NCBI GenBank assembly: GCA_963737265.1 | Contig: CAVTRY010000022.1 | Location: 160,001-224,000 of the forward strand | Source: an uncultured delta proteobacterium | Lineage (GTDB): Bacteria > Myxococcota_A > Polyangia > Fen-1088 | Direction: 5' to 3' | DNA length: 64,000 nt | Shown here: positions 1 to 11,207 of the stretch, one piece after another | Layout: every line of letters starts with the position of its first letter | How positions within the stretch are numbered: the first letter of the stretch is position 1 | Made by a program: the position numbers and the translations under genes | The notes under the pieces: model-generated | Told to the model about the DNA's origin: nothing | Database searches by the model: none | The model's input: only the letters and a program-made list of their open reading frames with translations

Positions 1-2
1 AA

Positions 3-1682
3 GCTGACGTACCGTCACCCCTGCGCCGGCTTCTGTGCGCGACGCTGGCCCGCGCGGCCGACGCGCTCGCGCGCGAGCAGGTGTGCGAGCTGTCCGACGT
101 TTTCGTGGCCACGCTGTGGAGCTTGAGCAGCACCGCCGATCTGCGCGCCCTGTCCGAGGCGTGCATGGTGCCGGAATTCAAGGAGGTGTTCGCGCCGGCG
201 GCGCAAGTTCCGCGCGCCCTTGCCGAGCGCGGCGGACAAGCGGACGAACAAGGTTTGGTTGAGAGTCTGCGCGAGGTGGCCGAGGCCTTGCCACCGGGAA
301 GCTCGGCGCGCGTCGAGGGGTTGCGCCGGGGCATCCTCGGCATCACCCGCGTGCTTGAAAGTCTCAACGAAGCGGTTTCGCTCACGGAGCTGCGCAAGGG
401 CGAAAACAGCACTGCAATCGATCGCTTGGCGGGCGCCATTGCCTACGCCGCGCGCCTATGTGCCGGGGCCATGCGCCGCACGGGACTGCGTGAAGGCAAT
501 TTTTCGTCGTCCTCCACGCGGGCTCTGCGCCGCTTGGAGGCATGGATCGCAAGGGCCCTGCGCGAGCACGACGAGGGTGTGGGGGCTGCTGCCGCGGCGG
601 CGGCCGAAGCCGTGCGCCAGGATCTACCACCGCTTCTGGCCGAGGTCGTGGCGCGTGTGTTGATGCGCGTCGGCCGCCTGCCGCGCGAACCGCGCCCGTC
701 GAGCGAGATCACCCACATCACCAAGCAGAAGCGGCAATTGCACCTACCATCGTGGCTGCCACCCAGCCGAATCGTCGGCGGCTTCTTCGTCGTGCGTCCC
801 ATCGGCACTGGCGGCGGCGGGTCGGTCTTCGTCGCTCGCCGGTCGGAGGAACGGCACGAGGAAGGCGCGGAAACCTTCGCGCTCAAGGTGCCGGCGTACA
901 CCGGCGCGGCGGCGCACACCCTGTCGGAAGAAGAGTTCATGCAGCTCTTCCGCGAAGAAGCCGGTGCGCTTCTGACGCTACCACGGCATACGAACATCGC
1001 GGGCTTCGTTACCTTCGACGCCGGAGCCCGACCCAAACCCATCCTGGTGATGGAGCTGGTGATGGGAAACACCCTGGAGCGTTTGGTGGATAGGCGCCAG
1101 TTCAGCATTCACGAGGCGCTCGACGTGCTCGACGGCATGGGCGCGGGCCTGGAGGCGATGCACGAGGCCGGGCTGGCTCATCTCGACGTCAAGCCGGCCA
1201 ACATCATCCTGCGCTCGCGGCGGGACAATGCTTCGCCTCGCCGGGCGCGCGCCGAGGGCCGGCAGGTTCCAGTCTTGGTGGATTTCGGTCTCGCCGGGCG
1301 CAAGGTCCGGCCGGGCTGCGGCAGCCCCTATTACGGCGGGCCCGAGGTTTGGGACAGCTCCTCGTTCGGAGACAAGATCGATGCGCGCGCAACCGACGTC
1401 TACGCCTTCGCTTGTTTGGCTTTCGAGCTTCTCACCGGCGGTCCCCTTTTCGCGGCCGAGTCGCTGCCGGCGATCTTTTCGGCGCACCTCGGCCACGACG
1501 GCGATCCGGCGACGTTGGCGTGGATGCGTGGGGACAAGAGGCTCGGTCCCTTGGGAGAGCTACTCTCCGCCGGTTTACGGCGCGAGCCCAGCAAGCGCCT
1601 GAACATCAAAGAGATGCGTGTCGGCCTGGCCGAGATCGGCAAGGAAAGGCTGACGGGTAGCGCCTGGCCGCTACAGCCGTAG
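3..1682 (+). CDS. Ser/Thr protein kinase with C-terminal kinase domain (5'-truncated by window edge)
   Basis: Frame is open from position 3. Motifs [33 protein letters not shown]. Confidence 0.9.
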   Translation, partial: ADVPSPLRRLLCATLARAADALAREQVCELSDVFVATLWSLSSTADLRALSEACMVPEFKEVFAPAAQVPRALAERGGQADEQGLVESLREVAEALPPGSSARVEGLRRGILGITRVLESLNEAVSLTELRKGENSTAIDRLAGAIAYAARLCAGAMRRTGLREGNFSSSSTRALRRLEAWIARALREHDEGVGAAAAAAAEAVRQDLPPLLAEVVARVLMRVGRLPREPRPSSEITHITKQKRQLHLPSWLPPSRIVGGFFVVRPIGTGGGGSVFVARRSEERHEEGAETFALKVPAYTGAAAHTLSEEEFMQLFREEAGALLTLPRHTNIAGFVTFDAGARPKPILVMELVMGNTLERLVDRRQFSIHEALDVLDGMGAGLEAMHEAGLAHLDVKPANIILRSRRDNASPRRARAEGRQVPVLVDFGLAGRKVRPGCGSPYYGGPEVWDSSSFGDKIDARATDVYAFACLAFELLTGGPLFAAESLPAIFSAHLGHDGDPATLAWMRGDKRLGPLGELLSAGLRREPSKRLNIKEMRVGLAEIGKERLTGSAWPLQP

Positions 1683-1765
1683 CTCGAGGCGCGCCCCGCC
1701 CGCCAGAGCAATCGGTTGTCGAGAAATTCGCCGGGATTGAGGTATGGTTCCGCCTGGCCAAGACC

Positions 1766-2809
1766 ATGAAAATCCTAATTACCGGCGGCGCCGGCTTCAT
1801 CGGCGCTAATTTCTTGAACCTACTCGTTCCGCGCCATCCGGAGCTTTCCTTCGTCAACCTGGACGCTCTGACCTACGCCGCGAATCCGCGCAGCCTCGTC
1901 GCGCTGGAGAAGCGGGCCAATTACGCCTTCCGGCGCGTCGACCTGGTGGATTTCGAGGCCGTGCGCGCCGCCCTGAACCAGATCCGTCCCGACGTGGTGA
2001 TTCACTTCGCGGCCGAGAGCCACGTGGATCGCTCCATCAGCGGACCGCGCCCGTTCGTGCGCACCAACATCGAAGGCACCTTCAACTTGCTCGAAGCGTG
2101 CCGCGAGATCTGGAAACCCGGCGAGGGCTTGTTCCACCATGTTTCCACCGACGAGGTCTACGGTTCGCTCGGCGCCGAGGGCTTGTTCACCGAGGAGACC
2201 CGTTACGATCCGTCGAGCCCGTATTCGGCGTCCAAGGCCGCGAGCGATCACCTGGTGCGCGCCTGGGGCCGCACCTTCGGCATGCCAGTCAAAATTACCA
2301 ACTGCTCGAACAACTACGGCCCGCTGCAATTTCCCGAGAAGCTCATTCCGCTCATGATCCTCAATTTGGTGGAACGTAAGCCCCTGCCGGTCTACGGCAA
2401 GGGCGAAAACGTGCGCGACTGGCTCTACGTCGGCGATCACTGCGAGGCCATCTGGACCGTGGTCCAAAAAGGCAGGCCGGGCGAGACCTACAACATCGGC
2501 GGGCGCAGCGAGCAGCGCAACATCGATGTGGTCAAGCAACTGTGCGCCATCATCGCGCAGGAAACTGGCGCCAGCGAAGCCGAGCTTCTGGGATTGATTA
2601 CCTACGTGAAAGATCGCCCCGGCCACGACTTACGCTACGCCATCGACGCCAGCAAGATCGAACGCGAGCTCGGCTGGAAACCGAGCGAAACCTTCGCCTC
2701 GGGTCTGCGCAAGACCGTGCGTTGGTACTTGGACAACCCGGCCTGGGTGGAGAGCGTGCGCACCGGCGAATATCGGACTTGGATCGACAAGAATTACGGA
2801 GACCGCTAG
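1766..2809 (+). CDS. rfbB: dTDP-glucose 4,6-dehydratase
   Basis: [41 protein letters not shown]. Confidence 0.97.
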   Translation: MKILITGGAGFIGANFLNLLVPRHPELSFVNLDALTYAANPRSLVALEKRANYAFRRVDLVDFEAVRAALNQIRPDVVIHFAAESHVDRSISGPRPFVRTNIEGTFNLLEACREIWKPGEGLFHHVSTDEVYGSLGAEGLFTEETRYDPSSPYSASKAASDHLVRAWGRTFGMPVKITNCSNNYGPLQFPEKLIPLMILNLVERKPLPVYGKGENVRDWLYVGDHCEAIWTVVQKGRPGETYNIGGRSEQRNIDVVKQLCAIIAQETGASEAELLGLITYVKDRPGHDLRYAIDASKIERELGWKPSETFASGLRKTVRWYLDNPAWVESVRTGEYRTWIDKNYGDR

Positions 2810-2811
2810 CC

Positions 2812-3693
2812 ATGGTAAACAAGGGCATCATCCTCGCCGGCGGGTCGGGCACGCGGCTTCACCCCATCACCCGCGCAGTCAGCAAGCAGCTGGTACCGGT
2901 TTACGACAAGCCGATGATTTACTACCCGCTGTCGGTGCTGATGCTGGCCGGAATTCGCGAAGTTCTGGTCATCACCACGCCCGCCGATCAAGAGCCGTTT
3001 CGCCGGCTGCTCGGCGACGGGCGGCAGTGGGGCCTTTCCATCAGCTACGCCGTGCAACCCAGCCCCGACGGGTTGGCGCAGGCATTTCTCATCGGTCGCG
3101 GGTTCATCGCCGGCGATCCCTGCGCGCTGGTTCTCGGCGACAACATTTTCTACGGCCACGGGCTTCCGTCCTTGTTTGAAAAGGTCGTGCGGCGCGATTC
3201 CGGCGCCACGGTCTTTGGCTATTTCGTGCAGAACCCCGAGGCCTATGGCGTGGCCGAGCTGGACGCCGACGGGCGGGTCACTGGCCTCGAAGAAAAGCCC
3301 CAGCAGCCAAAGAGCAACTACGCCGTGACCGGCCTCTATTTCTACGACGCGCAGGTGGTGGACCTGGCCACGTCGCTCAAGCCGAGCGCGCGCGGCGAGC
3401 TGGAAATCACCGATCTCAACCGTCTGTACCTCGAACGCGGCCAGCTCTATCTCGAAAAAATGGGGCGCGGGGTAGCTTGGCTCGACACCGGCACCCACGA
3501 TTCGTTGTTGCAGGCGGCGCAGTTCATTCAGACCATCCAGGCGCGCCAGGGTCTGATGGTTTCTTGCCCGGAAGAGATCGCCTTTGCCAAGGGCTGGATC
3601 GACGTGGCGAAGTTGGAAGACCTGGCGCGGCCACTCTGCAAGACCGCCTACGGCCAGTACCTGCTGCAATTGGCCGAGCGAGGCACGATATGA
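2812..3693 (+). CDS. rfbA: glucose-1-phosphate thymidylyltransferase
   Basis: ATG at 2812. [48 protein letters not shown]. Confidence 0.97.
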   Translation: MVNKGIILAGGSGTRLHPITRAVSKQLVPVYDKPMIYYPLSVLMLAGIREVLVITTPADQEPFRRLLGDGRQWGLSISYAVQPSPDGLAQAFLIGRGFIAGDPCALVLGDNIFYGHGLPSLFEKVVRRDSGATVFGYFVQNPEAYGVAELDADGRVTGLEEKPQQPKSNYAVTGLYFYDAQVVDLATSLKPSARGELEITDLNRLYLERGQLYLEKMGRGVAWLDTGTHDSLLQAAQFIQTIQARQGLMVSCPEEIAFAKGWIDVAKLEDLARPLCKTAYGQYLLQLAERGTI

Positions 3694-4247
3694 AGATAGA
3701 AACCACCAACCTGCCCGGCGTGCTGCTCATCGAGCCCAAACGCCTCGGCGATGCACGCGGCTACTTTCTCGAAACCTGGCACGAAGAACGCTACGCCGCC
3801 GCAGGCATCAACCTTCGCTTCGTGCAGGACAACCTGTCGCGCTCGGTGCGCGGGATCCTGCGCGGCCTGCATCTGCAACACCCGACCGATCAAGGCAAGC
3901 TGGTCTACGTGGTCGAAGGTGAAGTCTTCGACGTTGCGGTCGATGTGCGCGTGGGATCGCCGAGTTTTGGCCAGTGGACCGGCGCCACGCTGTCGGCGCG
4001 GGATCACCGCCAACTTTGGATCCCGCCGGGCTTTGCCCACGGGTTCTGCGTGACCAGCGACGTGGCTGTGTTCGCCTACAAGTGCACGGCACCCTATTCG
4101 AGCGCTCACGAAATGGGCGTGGCATGGAACGATCCCGCGCTCGGCATCGCGTGGCCCATCGCCGATCCGCAACTATCGGCCAAAGACGCCGCTCTGCCAC
4201 GTCTGGCCGACATCGATCCCGCGCATTTGCCGCGCTTGCAAGGCTAG
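3690..4247 (+). CDS. rfbC: dTDP-4-dehydrorhamnose 3,5-epimerase
   Basis: ATGA overlap with rfb[28 protein letters not shown]. Confidence 0.96.
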   Translation: MKIETTNLPGVLLIEPKRLGDARGYFLETWHEERYAAAGINLRFVQDNLSRSVRGILRGLHLQHPTDQGKLVYVVEGEVFDVAVDVRVGSPSFGQWTGATLSARDHRQLWIPPGFAHGFCVTSDVAVFAYKCTAPYSSAHEMGVAWNDPALGIAWPIADPQLSAKDAALPRLADIDPAHLPRLQG

Positions 4248-4250
4248 CCC

Positions 4251-5099
4251 ATGGCCGCACCTGTTCTACTCATTGGTGACCGCGGCATGCTCGGCCGCGC
4301 CTTTCGCGAATTGTTCGCGCGTGGGAATCGCAGCTACCAAGGTTTCGATCTTCCCGAGCTCGACGCGGCCGACGCCGCGCAGGTCGCGACGATTTTCGCG
4401 CGGCCGTGGAGCGCGCTCATCAACTGCGCAGCCTTCACCAACGTCGACGCCGCCGAAGCCGACGAGGACGTGGCCATGCGCGGAAACGCAACCGCGCCGC
4501 GCGTCCTCGCCGAGGCTTGCGGCCGCGCCGGCATTCCTCTCGTTCACTTCAGCACCGATTACGTGTTTGCCGGCAATGCCCAGCAGCCCTATGCCGTCGA
4601 TGCGCTGGTGCAGCCACTTGGTGCCTACGGTCGCACCAAGGCGGCGGGCGAAGGCGCCATCCGCTCGAGCGGAGCGCGCCACCTCATCGTGCGCACCAGT
4701 TGGCTCTACGCGCCCTGGGCCAACAACTTCGTTCGCACCATGGCCAAGCTGACGCGCGACAAGCCGTCGCTCAAGGTGGTGAACGATCAGCGTGGCCGGC
4801 CCACCAGCGCCGAGCACCTGGCCGCAACGACCCTCGCCCTGCTCGATCGCCAGGCCACCGGCACCTTCCACGTCACCGATGGCGGCGAGTGCACCTGGTA
4901 CGAATTTACCGTCGCCATCGCGCAAAAACTGGCGCGCACCTGCACCATCACGCCTTGTACGACGGCCGAGTTCCCCCGTCCCGCGCCGCGCCCCGCCTAC
5001 AGCGTGCTCGACCTCGGCAAGGTCGAGGCGTTGCTTGGTCCCATGCCCGATTGGAACGACAACCTGGCCTCCGTGCTGGCGCACCTGGAACCGATCTAG
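4251..5099 (+). CDS. rfbD: dTDP-4-dehydrorhamnose reductase
   Basis: GMLG, NCAAFTNVD, STDYVF, YGRTK, PAPRPAYSVL. Confidence 0.95.
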   Translation: MAAPVLLIGDRGMLGRAFRELFARGNRSYQGFDLPELDAADAAQVATIFARPWSALINCAAFTNVDAAEADEDVAMRGNATAPRVLAEACGRAGIPLVHFSTDYVFAGNAQQPYAVDALVQPLGAYGRTKAAGEGAIRSSGARHLIVRTSWLYAPWANNFVRTMAKLTRDKPSLKVVNDQRGRPTSAEHLAATTLALLDRQATGTFHVTDGGECTWYEFTVAIAQKLARTCTITPCTTAEFPRPAPRPAYSVLDLGKVEALLGPMPDWNDNLASVLAHLEPI

Positions 5100-5204
5100 C
5101 GCTGCTGGCCCGTGGACGTCCCCTGGTTGTAGAACGCTCTTGCAGGTATCATTCCTTGCCCATGTTCCGCACTCTTCGTCTTTCTGCCCAACGTCGAGAT
5201 CGTC

Positions 5205-6446
5205 TTGATCGCCCCCAGTAAACGGCGCGGCTACTACGGCGAGTTCGGGGGCGCCTATCTGCCCGAAATTCTCGTCGCGACCTTCAAGGAATTGGAAGGT
5301 GCCTTTGCTGCGGCCCAGGCCGATTCTTCGTTCTGGGCGGAATACGTGTCCCTCATGGGCGAGTATTCGTGTCGCCCGACGCCGCTGACATTCGCCGAAA
5401 ACCTGACCCGCGATCTCGGCGGCGCGCGCATCTTCGTCAAGCGCGAAGACCTCAACCATACTGGTGCCCACAAGGCCAACAACGTCATGGGACAGGGGCT
5501 GCTGGCGCGGCGAATGGGCAAGAATCGCGTGATCGCCGAAACGGGAGCCGGCCAGCACGGCGTGGCCTGCGCTACCATGGCGGCCAAGTTCGGCTTCGAC
5601 TGCACCGTCTACATGGGCGAAGTCGATGTGGAGCGCCAGCGCCCCAACGTGTTCTGGATGGAACGCCTCGGCGCCAAGGTGGTGTCGGTCACGGACGGCT
5701 CGCGCACCCTCAAGGACGCCATCAACGAGGCCTTCCGCGACTGGGCCGCCAACATGGACACGACCCACTACGTGCTCGGCACGGCCTGCGGTCCCCATCC
5801 TTTTCCCACCATGGTCAGCTACTTCCAATCCATCATCGGCAAAGAGCTGCGCGGTCAGGTCTTGCAGCGCACCGGCCGCCTTCCTCGCCGCATCTACGCC
5901 TGCGTGGGCGGCGGCTCGAACGCGCTCGGCATTTTTGGCGAATTCCTCGCCGACGCCGAGGTGGAACTAGTGGGCGTCGAGGCCGGTGGCCACGGCTTGC
6001 CCAGCCACCGGCACGCCGCGCGCCTGGCCTCGACCGACGCCAGCGTGGGCGTGGCCCAGGGTTATCGCACCTACTTTCTGCAGGATGCCGACGGGCAAAT
6101 GCTCGACACTCACTCGGTCGCCGCGGGCCTCGACTACATCGGCGTCTCGCCCATCCTGGCCAGCCTACGCGATACCGGTCGCGTGCGCTTCGAGGCGGCG
6201 ACCGACGCCGAGGTCGTCGCGGCGCTCGCCCTCGCCGTTCGTCGCGAGGGCCTCATTCCCGCCCTCGAATCGTCGCACGCCTTCGCGCAGGCCTTCAAGG
6301 AAGCGCCGGCCTTGAGCCCCGACGACGTCATCGTCATCAATCAATCCGGGCGCGGCGATAAGGACATCTTCACCGTGGCCGATGCCTTCGGCGATCCGGC
6401 CTGGCAAGACTTCATCTGCCGCAAGGCCGCGAGCTACTCACGCTAG
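5205..6446 (+). CDS. trpB: tryptophan synthase beta subunit
   Basis: GEFGGAY, KREDLNHTGAHK (PLP lysine), AETGAGQHG, GGGSN, AGLDY, SGRGDKD. Start uncertain (TTG). Confidence 0.95.
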   Translation: MIAPSKRRGYYGEFGGAYLPEILVATFKELEGAFAAAQADSSFWAEYVSLMGEYSCRPTPLTFAENLTRDLGGARIFVKREDLNHTGAHKANNVMGQGLLARRMGKNRVIAETGAGQHGVACATMAAKFGFDCTVYMGEVDVERQRPNVFWMERLGAKVVSVTDGSRTLKDAINEAFRDWAANMDTTHYVLGTACGPHPFPTMVSYFQSIIGKELRGQVLQRTGRLPRRIYACVGGGSNALGIFGEFLADAEVELVGVEAGGHGLPSHRHAARLASTDASVGVAQGYRTYFLQDADGQMLDTHSVAAGLDYIGVSPILASLRDTGRVRFEAATDAEVVAALALAVRREGLIPALESSHAFAQAFKEAPALSPDDVIVINQSGRGDKDIFTVADAFGDPAWQDFICRKAASYSR

Positions 6447-6459
6447 TTGCGAGACCACC

Positions 6460-7227
6460 ATGCTGGAAGCCCGACTCCGCGCCGCCCGAGCCAACAGGGA
6501 CATTTTGCTGATGACCCATATCGTCGTCGGCTACCCGAGCTTCGATGAATCGCTGAAGATCGTCGACGCCATGGTGGAGGCCGGCGTCGACCTAATGGAA
6601 TTGCAGATCCCATTTTCCGAGCCGATGGCCGACGGTCCCGTCATCGTGGCCGCCAACCAGAAGGCGCTCGCGCGCGGATCCACCGTCGAGCGCTGCTTCG
6701 ATTTCGCGGCCGAGGTCGCGCGCAGGCACGCCATCCCGTTTCTCCTTATGAGCTACTACAACGTGCTTTTCCGTGCGGGCGTCGGCGCCTTCGTCGACCG
6801 CATGAAGGCCGCGGGCCTGTGCGGCGCCATCGTGCCCGATCTGCCGCCCGAGGAGGGCAGCGCGTATCTTTCGGCCATGGAGCGCGCCGGCCTCGATCCC
6901 ATCTTCATTTTCTCGCCGAGCACGCCCGTCGACCGGCTCAAGCTCATCGCCGACAAGGCGCGCGGGTTCGTGTACTGCGTGGCCCGCAAGGGCGTCACCG
7001 GTAGCCACACGGCGTTTTCGGCCGACATCGACGCTTACCTAGCGCGCTGCCGAGCCGCGACCCGACTGCCCCTCGCGCTCGGCTTCGGCGTGCAGGACAA
7101 AACCGACGTGGACTTTCTGCGCGGCAAGGTGGACATCGCCGTGGTCGGCTCCGCGACCTTGCGTCTCATCGACGACCAGGGCACCGCCGCCGTCGGCGAT
7201 TTCATCCGTGGCCTGCGCCGGAGCTAG
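6460..7227 (+). CDS. trpA: tryptophan synthase alpha subunit
   Basis: ELQIPFSEPMADGPVI, VPDLPPEE, GVTG, ALGFG, VVGS. Directly follows trpB. Confidence 0.95.
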   Translation: MLEARLRAARANRDILLMTHIVVGYPSFDESLKIVDAMVEAGVDLMELQIPFSEPMADGPVIVAANQKALARGSTVERCFDFAAEVARRHAIPFLLMSYYNVLFRAGVGAFVDRMKAAGLCGAIVPDLPPEEGSAYLSAMERAGLDPIFIFSPSTPVDRLKLIADKARGFVYCVARKGVTGSHTAFSADIDAYLARCRAATRLPLALGFGVQDKTDVDFLRGKVDIAVVGSATLRLIDDQGTAAVGDFIRGLRRS

Positions 7228-7499
7228 ACCAGGCTCGAACCCTCCAAATCCTTGCTATGATAAATGTCGTGCGAAGGCTGGCGGGGCAGGGTGCGATTGC
7301 CGTCGAACTCGGCGTTGTACCAGTCGTCGACGCGGTGTTTGTTGTCGTGGGTGTTCCAATAGCATCCCAGCGCGATCTTCCCCGGCGACGTGGTGGCAAT
7401 TCCCGAGATTGTGCAATGGGTGTTCGAGCTTGAAACAGGCAAGCGGCATGGAATTGTGTTACACAACGAACGGTCAAGAAAATGAGCAAGGAGCAACCC

Positions 7500-8363
7500 A
7501 TGCCCGCAAATCCAAATTATAAGGCGGAACTGGTAGGTGTTTTTGGCCATCCGGTTTCCGAAAACCCCACCGTGGTGATGCAGGAGGCCGGCTTTCATGC
7601 ACTGAACCTGAATTGGCGCTATCTGACCATTGAAGTGTCTCCGCAAGACTTAGGCGCTGCCATGCAAGGAGTACGGGCGTTCAACATGAAAGGGATCAAT
7701 CTAACGATACCTCACAAAGTGGAAGTCTTGAAATATCTCGACGAAGTCAAACCGGATGCGGCTTTGATGGGCGCTGTGAATACCGTCGTCCGCGTAGGAG
7801 AAAAGCTGATTGGCGAAAACACGGACGGCAAAGGATTCATGCATGCGCTAACGCGTGATGCGAAGGTTGACCCCAAAGGCAAAAAGGTGCTGGTGCTTGG
7901 CTCCGGCGGGGCCGCCCGGTCGATTACGGTGGAGCTGGCGCTGGCAGGCGCACAACAGATCACGATCGTGAATCGTTCTTTCGAAAGGGGCATGGCACTG
8001 GCCGAACTCTTGAATTCGAAAACGCCAACAAAGGCAGTTTTCATTCAATGGCAAGGGCAATCTTCCGTCCCCAAAGATACCGACATTCTGGTCAACGCCA
8101 CCTCGATTGGACTGTTCCCGAATATCCATGAAAAGCCGGATATCGATTATGCTTCGATTGGTCCAGAAATGGTTGTCTGCGATGTGATTCATACGCCCTT
8201 GACTCCATTTCTCGAAGAAGCAAAGGCGCGAGGTGCCAAGATCCTCGGCGGTCTGGGAATGCTGGTTTATCAGGGTGCCATCGGCTTCAAGTTGTGGACG
8301 GCGCTGGATGCGCCGGTTGAAGCGATGTATGGGGCGTTGTTCAAAGCATTTAAGCTGAAATAG
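7500..8363 (+). CDS. aroE: shikimate/quinate dehydrogenase family protein (atypical AroE paralog)
   Basis: NLTIPHK, GAVNT, NTDGKG, GSGGAAR, NATSIG, MLVYQG. SD AAGGAG at 7488-7493. Low-GC codon usage. Confidence 0.85.
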   Translation: MPANPNYKAELVGVFGHPVSENPTVVMQEAGFHALNLNWRYLTIEVSPQDLGAAMQGVRAFNMKGINLTIPHKVEVLKYLDEVKPDAALMGAVNTVVRVGEKLIGENTDGKGFMHALTRDAKVDPKGKKVLVLGSGGAARSITVELALAGAQQITIVNRSFERGMALAELLNSKTPTKAVFIQWQGQSSVPKDTDILVNATSIGLFPNIHEKPDIDYASIGPEMVVCDVIHTPLTPFLEEAKARGAKILGGLGMLVYQGAIGFKLWTALDAPVEAMYGALFKAFKLK

Positions 8364-8371
8364 GAGGTCGC

Positions 8372-8767
8372 ATGAAGAAGGACGGAATCGTCAACCAAGA
8401 GTTATTGACCGTCATGGGATCTCTCGGCCATACGGACAGGATCGTGGTATGCGATGAGGGTTTGCCAATTGATGGACACGTCAAACGGATAGACCTGTCG
8501 ATTACGAAGGGCAATGTAAGGCTCATGGATGTCCTGAGGCCACTATTGAATGAGCTGGTGGTGGAGAAGGTCATTCTGGCGCAGGAGATTGTTGCAAGAA
8601 GCCCGGCGATGTACCAGGACATCGTTTCTCTGACCCAAGGCATCCCCGTGGAGCTGGTCAGCCATGAAGAATTCAAGAAGCTGACCAGAGACACAAAAGC
8701 GATTATCCGAACGGGCGAGTGTACACCGTATGCAAATATCATTTTGCAATCGGGAGTGAATTTCTGA
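8372..8767 (+). CDS. rbsD: D-ribose pyranase
   Basis: MKKxGI, LGHTD, D.GLPI, SHEEFK, IRTGECTPYANIIL. SD AGGAGG. Confidence 0.93.
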   Translation: MKKDGIVNQELLTVMGSLGHTDRIVVCDEGLPIDGHVKRIDLSITKGNVRLMDVLRPLLNELVVEKVILAQEIVARSPAMYQDIVSLTQGIPVELVSHEEFKKLTRDTKAIIRTGECTPYANIILQSGVNF

Positions 8768-8853
8768 CAGAGGCATTCATTCATGAAGGCCACGTTCGAC
8801 GGTCGCGCCTTCACGTCACCGGGGCCAGGCAGCGGGTGTAATAGTTACTGTCG

Positions 8854-10689
8854 ATGTCGTTCGTTGTGGTTGCGCTAGCCATCGCCTTGCGGGTGGCGTG
8901 GGTGCTGGCCGTCCCCACCAAACCGGTGGGTGACTTCGCCATGTACGTCGAAGCCGCCGCCCATCTAGTCGAGCACGGCCGCTTCGATGCCGAGTTCGTG
9001 TACATGCCGGGCTACATCTTTCTCATCGCGCCGGTGCAGGCCTTGGGCGGAGGCTGGCTGGCCACCAAGCTCCTCGGGGCGGTCATTGGCGGCCTTGGCG
9101 CCGGCCCGGTGGTCGGCATTACCCGACGTTTGGCGGGTGGATCCCCGCCCACCGCTCTCGTGGCGGGCTTGCTTTACGCTTGCTGGCCCGCGGGTATCGC
9201 GCTGGCCAGCGTGACCGGCACCGACATGCCGGCCGCGGTTCTGGTGGTGGCGGCGGCCTATTTCCTCCTGCGTTTCGCTGGCCCGCGGCCCATGCTGGCG
9301 GCGATTCTGTTCGGCGTGATGACGGGGCTGGCAGCCTATATTCGTGCCATCGTCGTGCCCTTGGCGGTGCTATCGTTGCTGGTCTTCCGCGCGCAGGGCC
9401 TGACCTGGCGGGCATCGGCGAAATCGACCACCGTGGCCTGTGCCGCGGCGTTGCTGATGCTTTCACCCTGGGCCGTGCGCAATCGTTTTCGTTACGGCGA
9501 GACCTTCCTCACCGACAGCCACGGTGGCCTTACCGCGCTGGTCGGCGCAAACCCCAACACCGACGGGCGCTACTCGCGCTCGCTCAACCGGATGTTTCAC
9601 GACGTGACCGGCTTCACCCTGCTCGCCGAGCCTCACCGCGAGGCCAATGGTGCGGCGCTGGCGCTCGCCAAGAATTGGATCGCCTTCGATCCGCTTTTCA
9701 CCCTCGGACTGCTCGCCATCAAAGCCGAGCGTTTGCTCGTGCACGAGCGGGCGCTCCTTTATTGGCCGCTCTTTCGCGCCGGCGTGCTGCCGCCACCCGA
9801 GCTCGCCTTTTTCGCCCGCCATCGCGGCATCATCGAAAATGTCGCCGACGGATTCTGGCTGGCTCTGTTGGCCTTGGGGCTCATGGGTGGCGCGCTGGCG
9901 TATTTGCGAAGGCAGTGGCTCGTCCTCTCGCTGCTGCCCCAGGCGGTCGCACTCGCCGTGCTTTACACCGCGATTTTTTCGGAGCCGAGGTACCGCCTGC
10001 CGATCTTCATGTTTGTTCTTCCTCTGTCCGCGCTGGCTCTGCGTTGGCTCGTCGAACAGGCGGGCAACCTTGTCCGCCACACGCCGATGCCGGGATGGCG
10101 GCGCGAAGCCGCGCTGGCCACCGGTTTCGTTGCCGTCGTCTTCGCCGCCGCGCCGGCGCTGGCGTGGACCGGCGAGCACCTGCGTGAGTATCACCGGTGG
10201 GCGGCGAGCGAATGCATGGTGGCTGGTCGGCCACGTTTCTGCTCATGGCGCACCGTCGGTACAGCGGGAGATCTCGGCGGGGCCCCAGGCGTTGCGGGTG
10301 TGTGGGACGGCGTGGGCATCGCGCTGCCGCGTTCGGTTTCCCAACTACCCGCCGACATCGAGATCGCAACCGAGCTTCCGCTCGAACCCGGCGATTACGC
10401 CGTCAGCGTAACAGTGGACGTCGCTCCTGTCGATGCATCGGGAACAACCGCGAACGGCACAATCGTTTTCTTTGCCGACGACAAACCCCTCTCGCCCGCG
10501 CTTTCGCTGGCGGAAGTCGTGCGCGTTTCTCGGGAAACGCACACAGTCGCGTGGCGTGCCTTCATTCAGCACGAAGACGGATCCCTTCGACTCCGCGTAC
10601 GGGTCGAGGTGCCGGAAACATCGACAACAGCCTTTCGTGGTCGCGTTTGGCTAAGCGATCTGCGCGTGCTGACCAGACCCGGAAGCTAG
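8854..10689 (+). CDS. polytopic membrane protein, probable GT-C (ArnT/PMT-like) glycosyltransferase
   Basis: Many TM helices, D-x-x-x-Y after the first helix, PGY, PWAVRN, PRYRLP; soluble C-terminal domain. Confidence 0.7.
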   Translation: MSFVVVALAIALRVAWVLAVPTKPVGDFAMYVEAAAHLVEHGRFDAEFVYMPGYIFLIAPVQALGGGWLATKLLGAVIGGLGAGPVVGITRRLAGGSPPTALVAGLLYACWPAGIALASVTGTDMPAAVLVVAAAYFLLRFAGPRPMLAAILFGVMTGLAAYIRAIVVPLAVLSLLVFRAQGLTWRASAKSTTVACAAALLMLSPWAVRNRFRYGETFLTDSHGGLTALVGANPNTDGRYSRSLNRMFHDVTGFTLLAEPHREANGAALALAKNWIAFDPLFTLGLLAIKAERLLVHERALLYWPLFRAGVLPPPELAFFARHRGIIENVADGFWLALLALGLMGGALAYLRRQWLVLSLLPQAVALAVLYTAIFSEPRYRLPIFMFVLPLSALALRWLVEQAGNLVRHTPMPGWRREAALATGFVAVVFAAAPALAWTGEHLREYHRWAASECMVAGRPRFCSWRTVGTAGDLGGAPGVAGVWDGVGIALPRSVSQLPADIEIATELPLEPGDYAVSVTVDVAPVDASGTTANGTIVFFADDKPLSPALSLAEVVRVSRETHTVAWRAFIQHEDGSLRLRVRVEVPETSTTAFRGRVWLSDLRVLTRPGS

Positions 10690-10789
10690 GAAACGATCCC
10701 AGACCCCGCCACGCCCACGAACACGGAACAACTTGCTTGCGGAGAGGAGAGCGCGAGCTCTCCTCTCCAGCTTTGAGACGACGGCCCGA

Positions 10790-11164
10790 TTACCAGCCGC
10801 CGCCGCCACCACCGCCACGGCGACCGCCGCGGCCATGACCTTCGCCGTGATCGCGACCACCGCGGCCACCCCCGCCGCCAAACCCGCCGCCACCGCCACC
10901 GCCGCCACGCGGGGCGCGCTCGCGTGCTTCGCTGACGTTGATGGGACGGCCCTGAACCTCGCGTCCGTTGAGTGTCTCAATGGCCTGCGCCGCTTCCGCG
11001 TCGGTTGTCATTTCGACGAAGGCGAAGCCACGCGGCCGCCCGGTGTCCCGGTCAAGCACGACCTTGACTTCCTTCACATTCCGTCCATTTTCGCCGAACA
11101 CATCCTTCAGTTCGGGCTCGGTCACGTTGTACGACAGGTTTCCAACATAAAGCCTCGTTCCCAT
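10790..11164 (-). CDS. RRM RNA-binding protein with Gly/Arg-rich tail
   Basis: RNP2 LYVGNL, RNP1 RGFAFVEM, GGGGRGG tail. SD GAGGAG upstream. Confidence 0.95.
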   Translation of the reverse strand: MGTRLYVGNLSYNVTEPELKDVFGENGRNVKEVKVVLDRDTGRPRGFAFVEMTTDAEAAQAIETLNGREVQGRPINVSEARERAPRGGGGGGGGFGGGGGRGGRDHGEGHGRGGRRGGGGGGGW

Positions 11165-11207
11165 TACTTTCTCCTCTTGCGTCTCACGTCTCTCTCTTTG
11201 TTCCCTG

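Noticed and set aside
5100-5205. trp attenuator leader peptide
   Set aside because: The upstream ORF has no Trp codons and no terminator/antiterminator pair.
10795-10915. GCC-rich repeat element
   Set aside because: Explained by the Gly/Arg-rich coding tail of the RRM protein.
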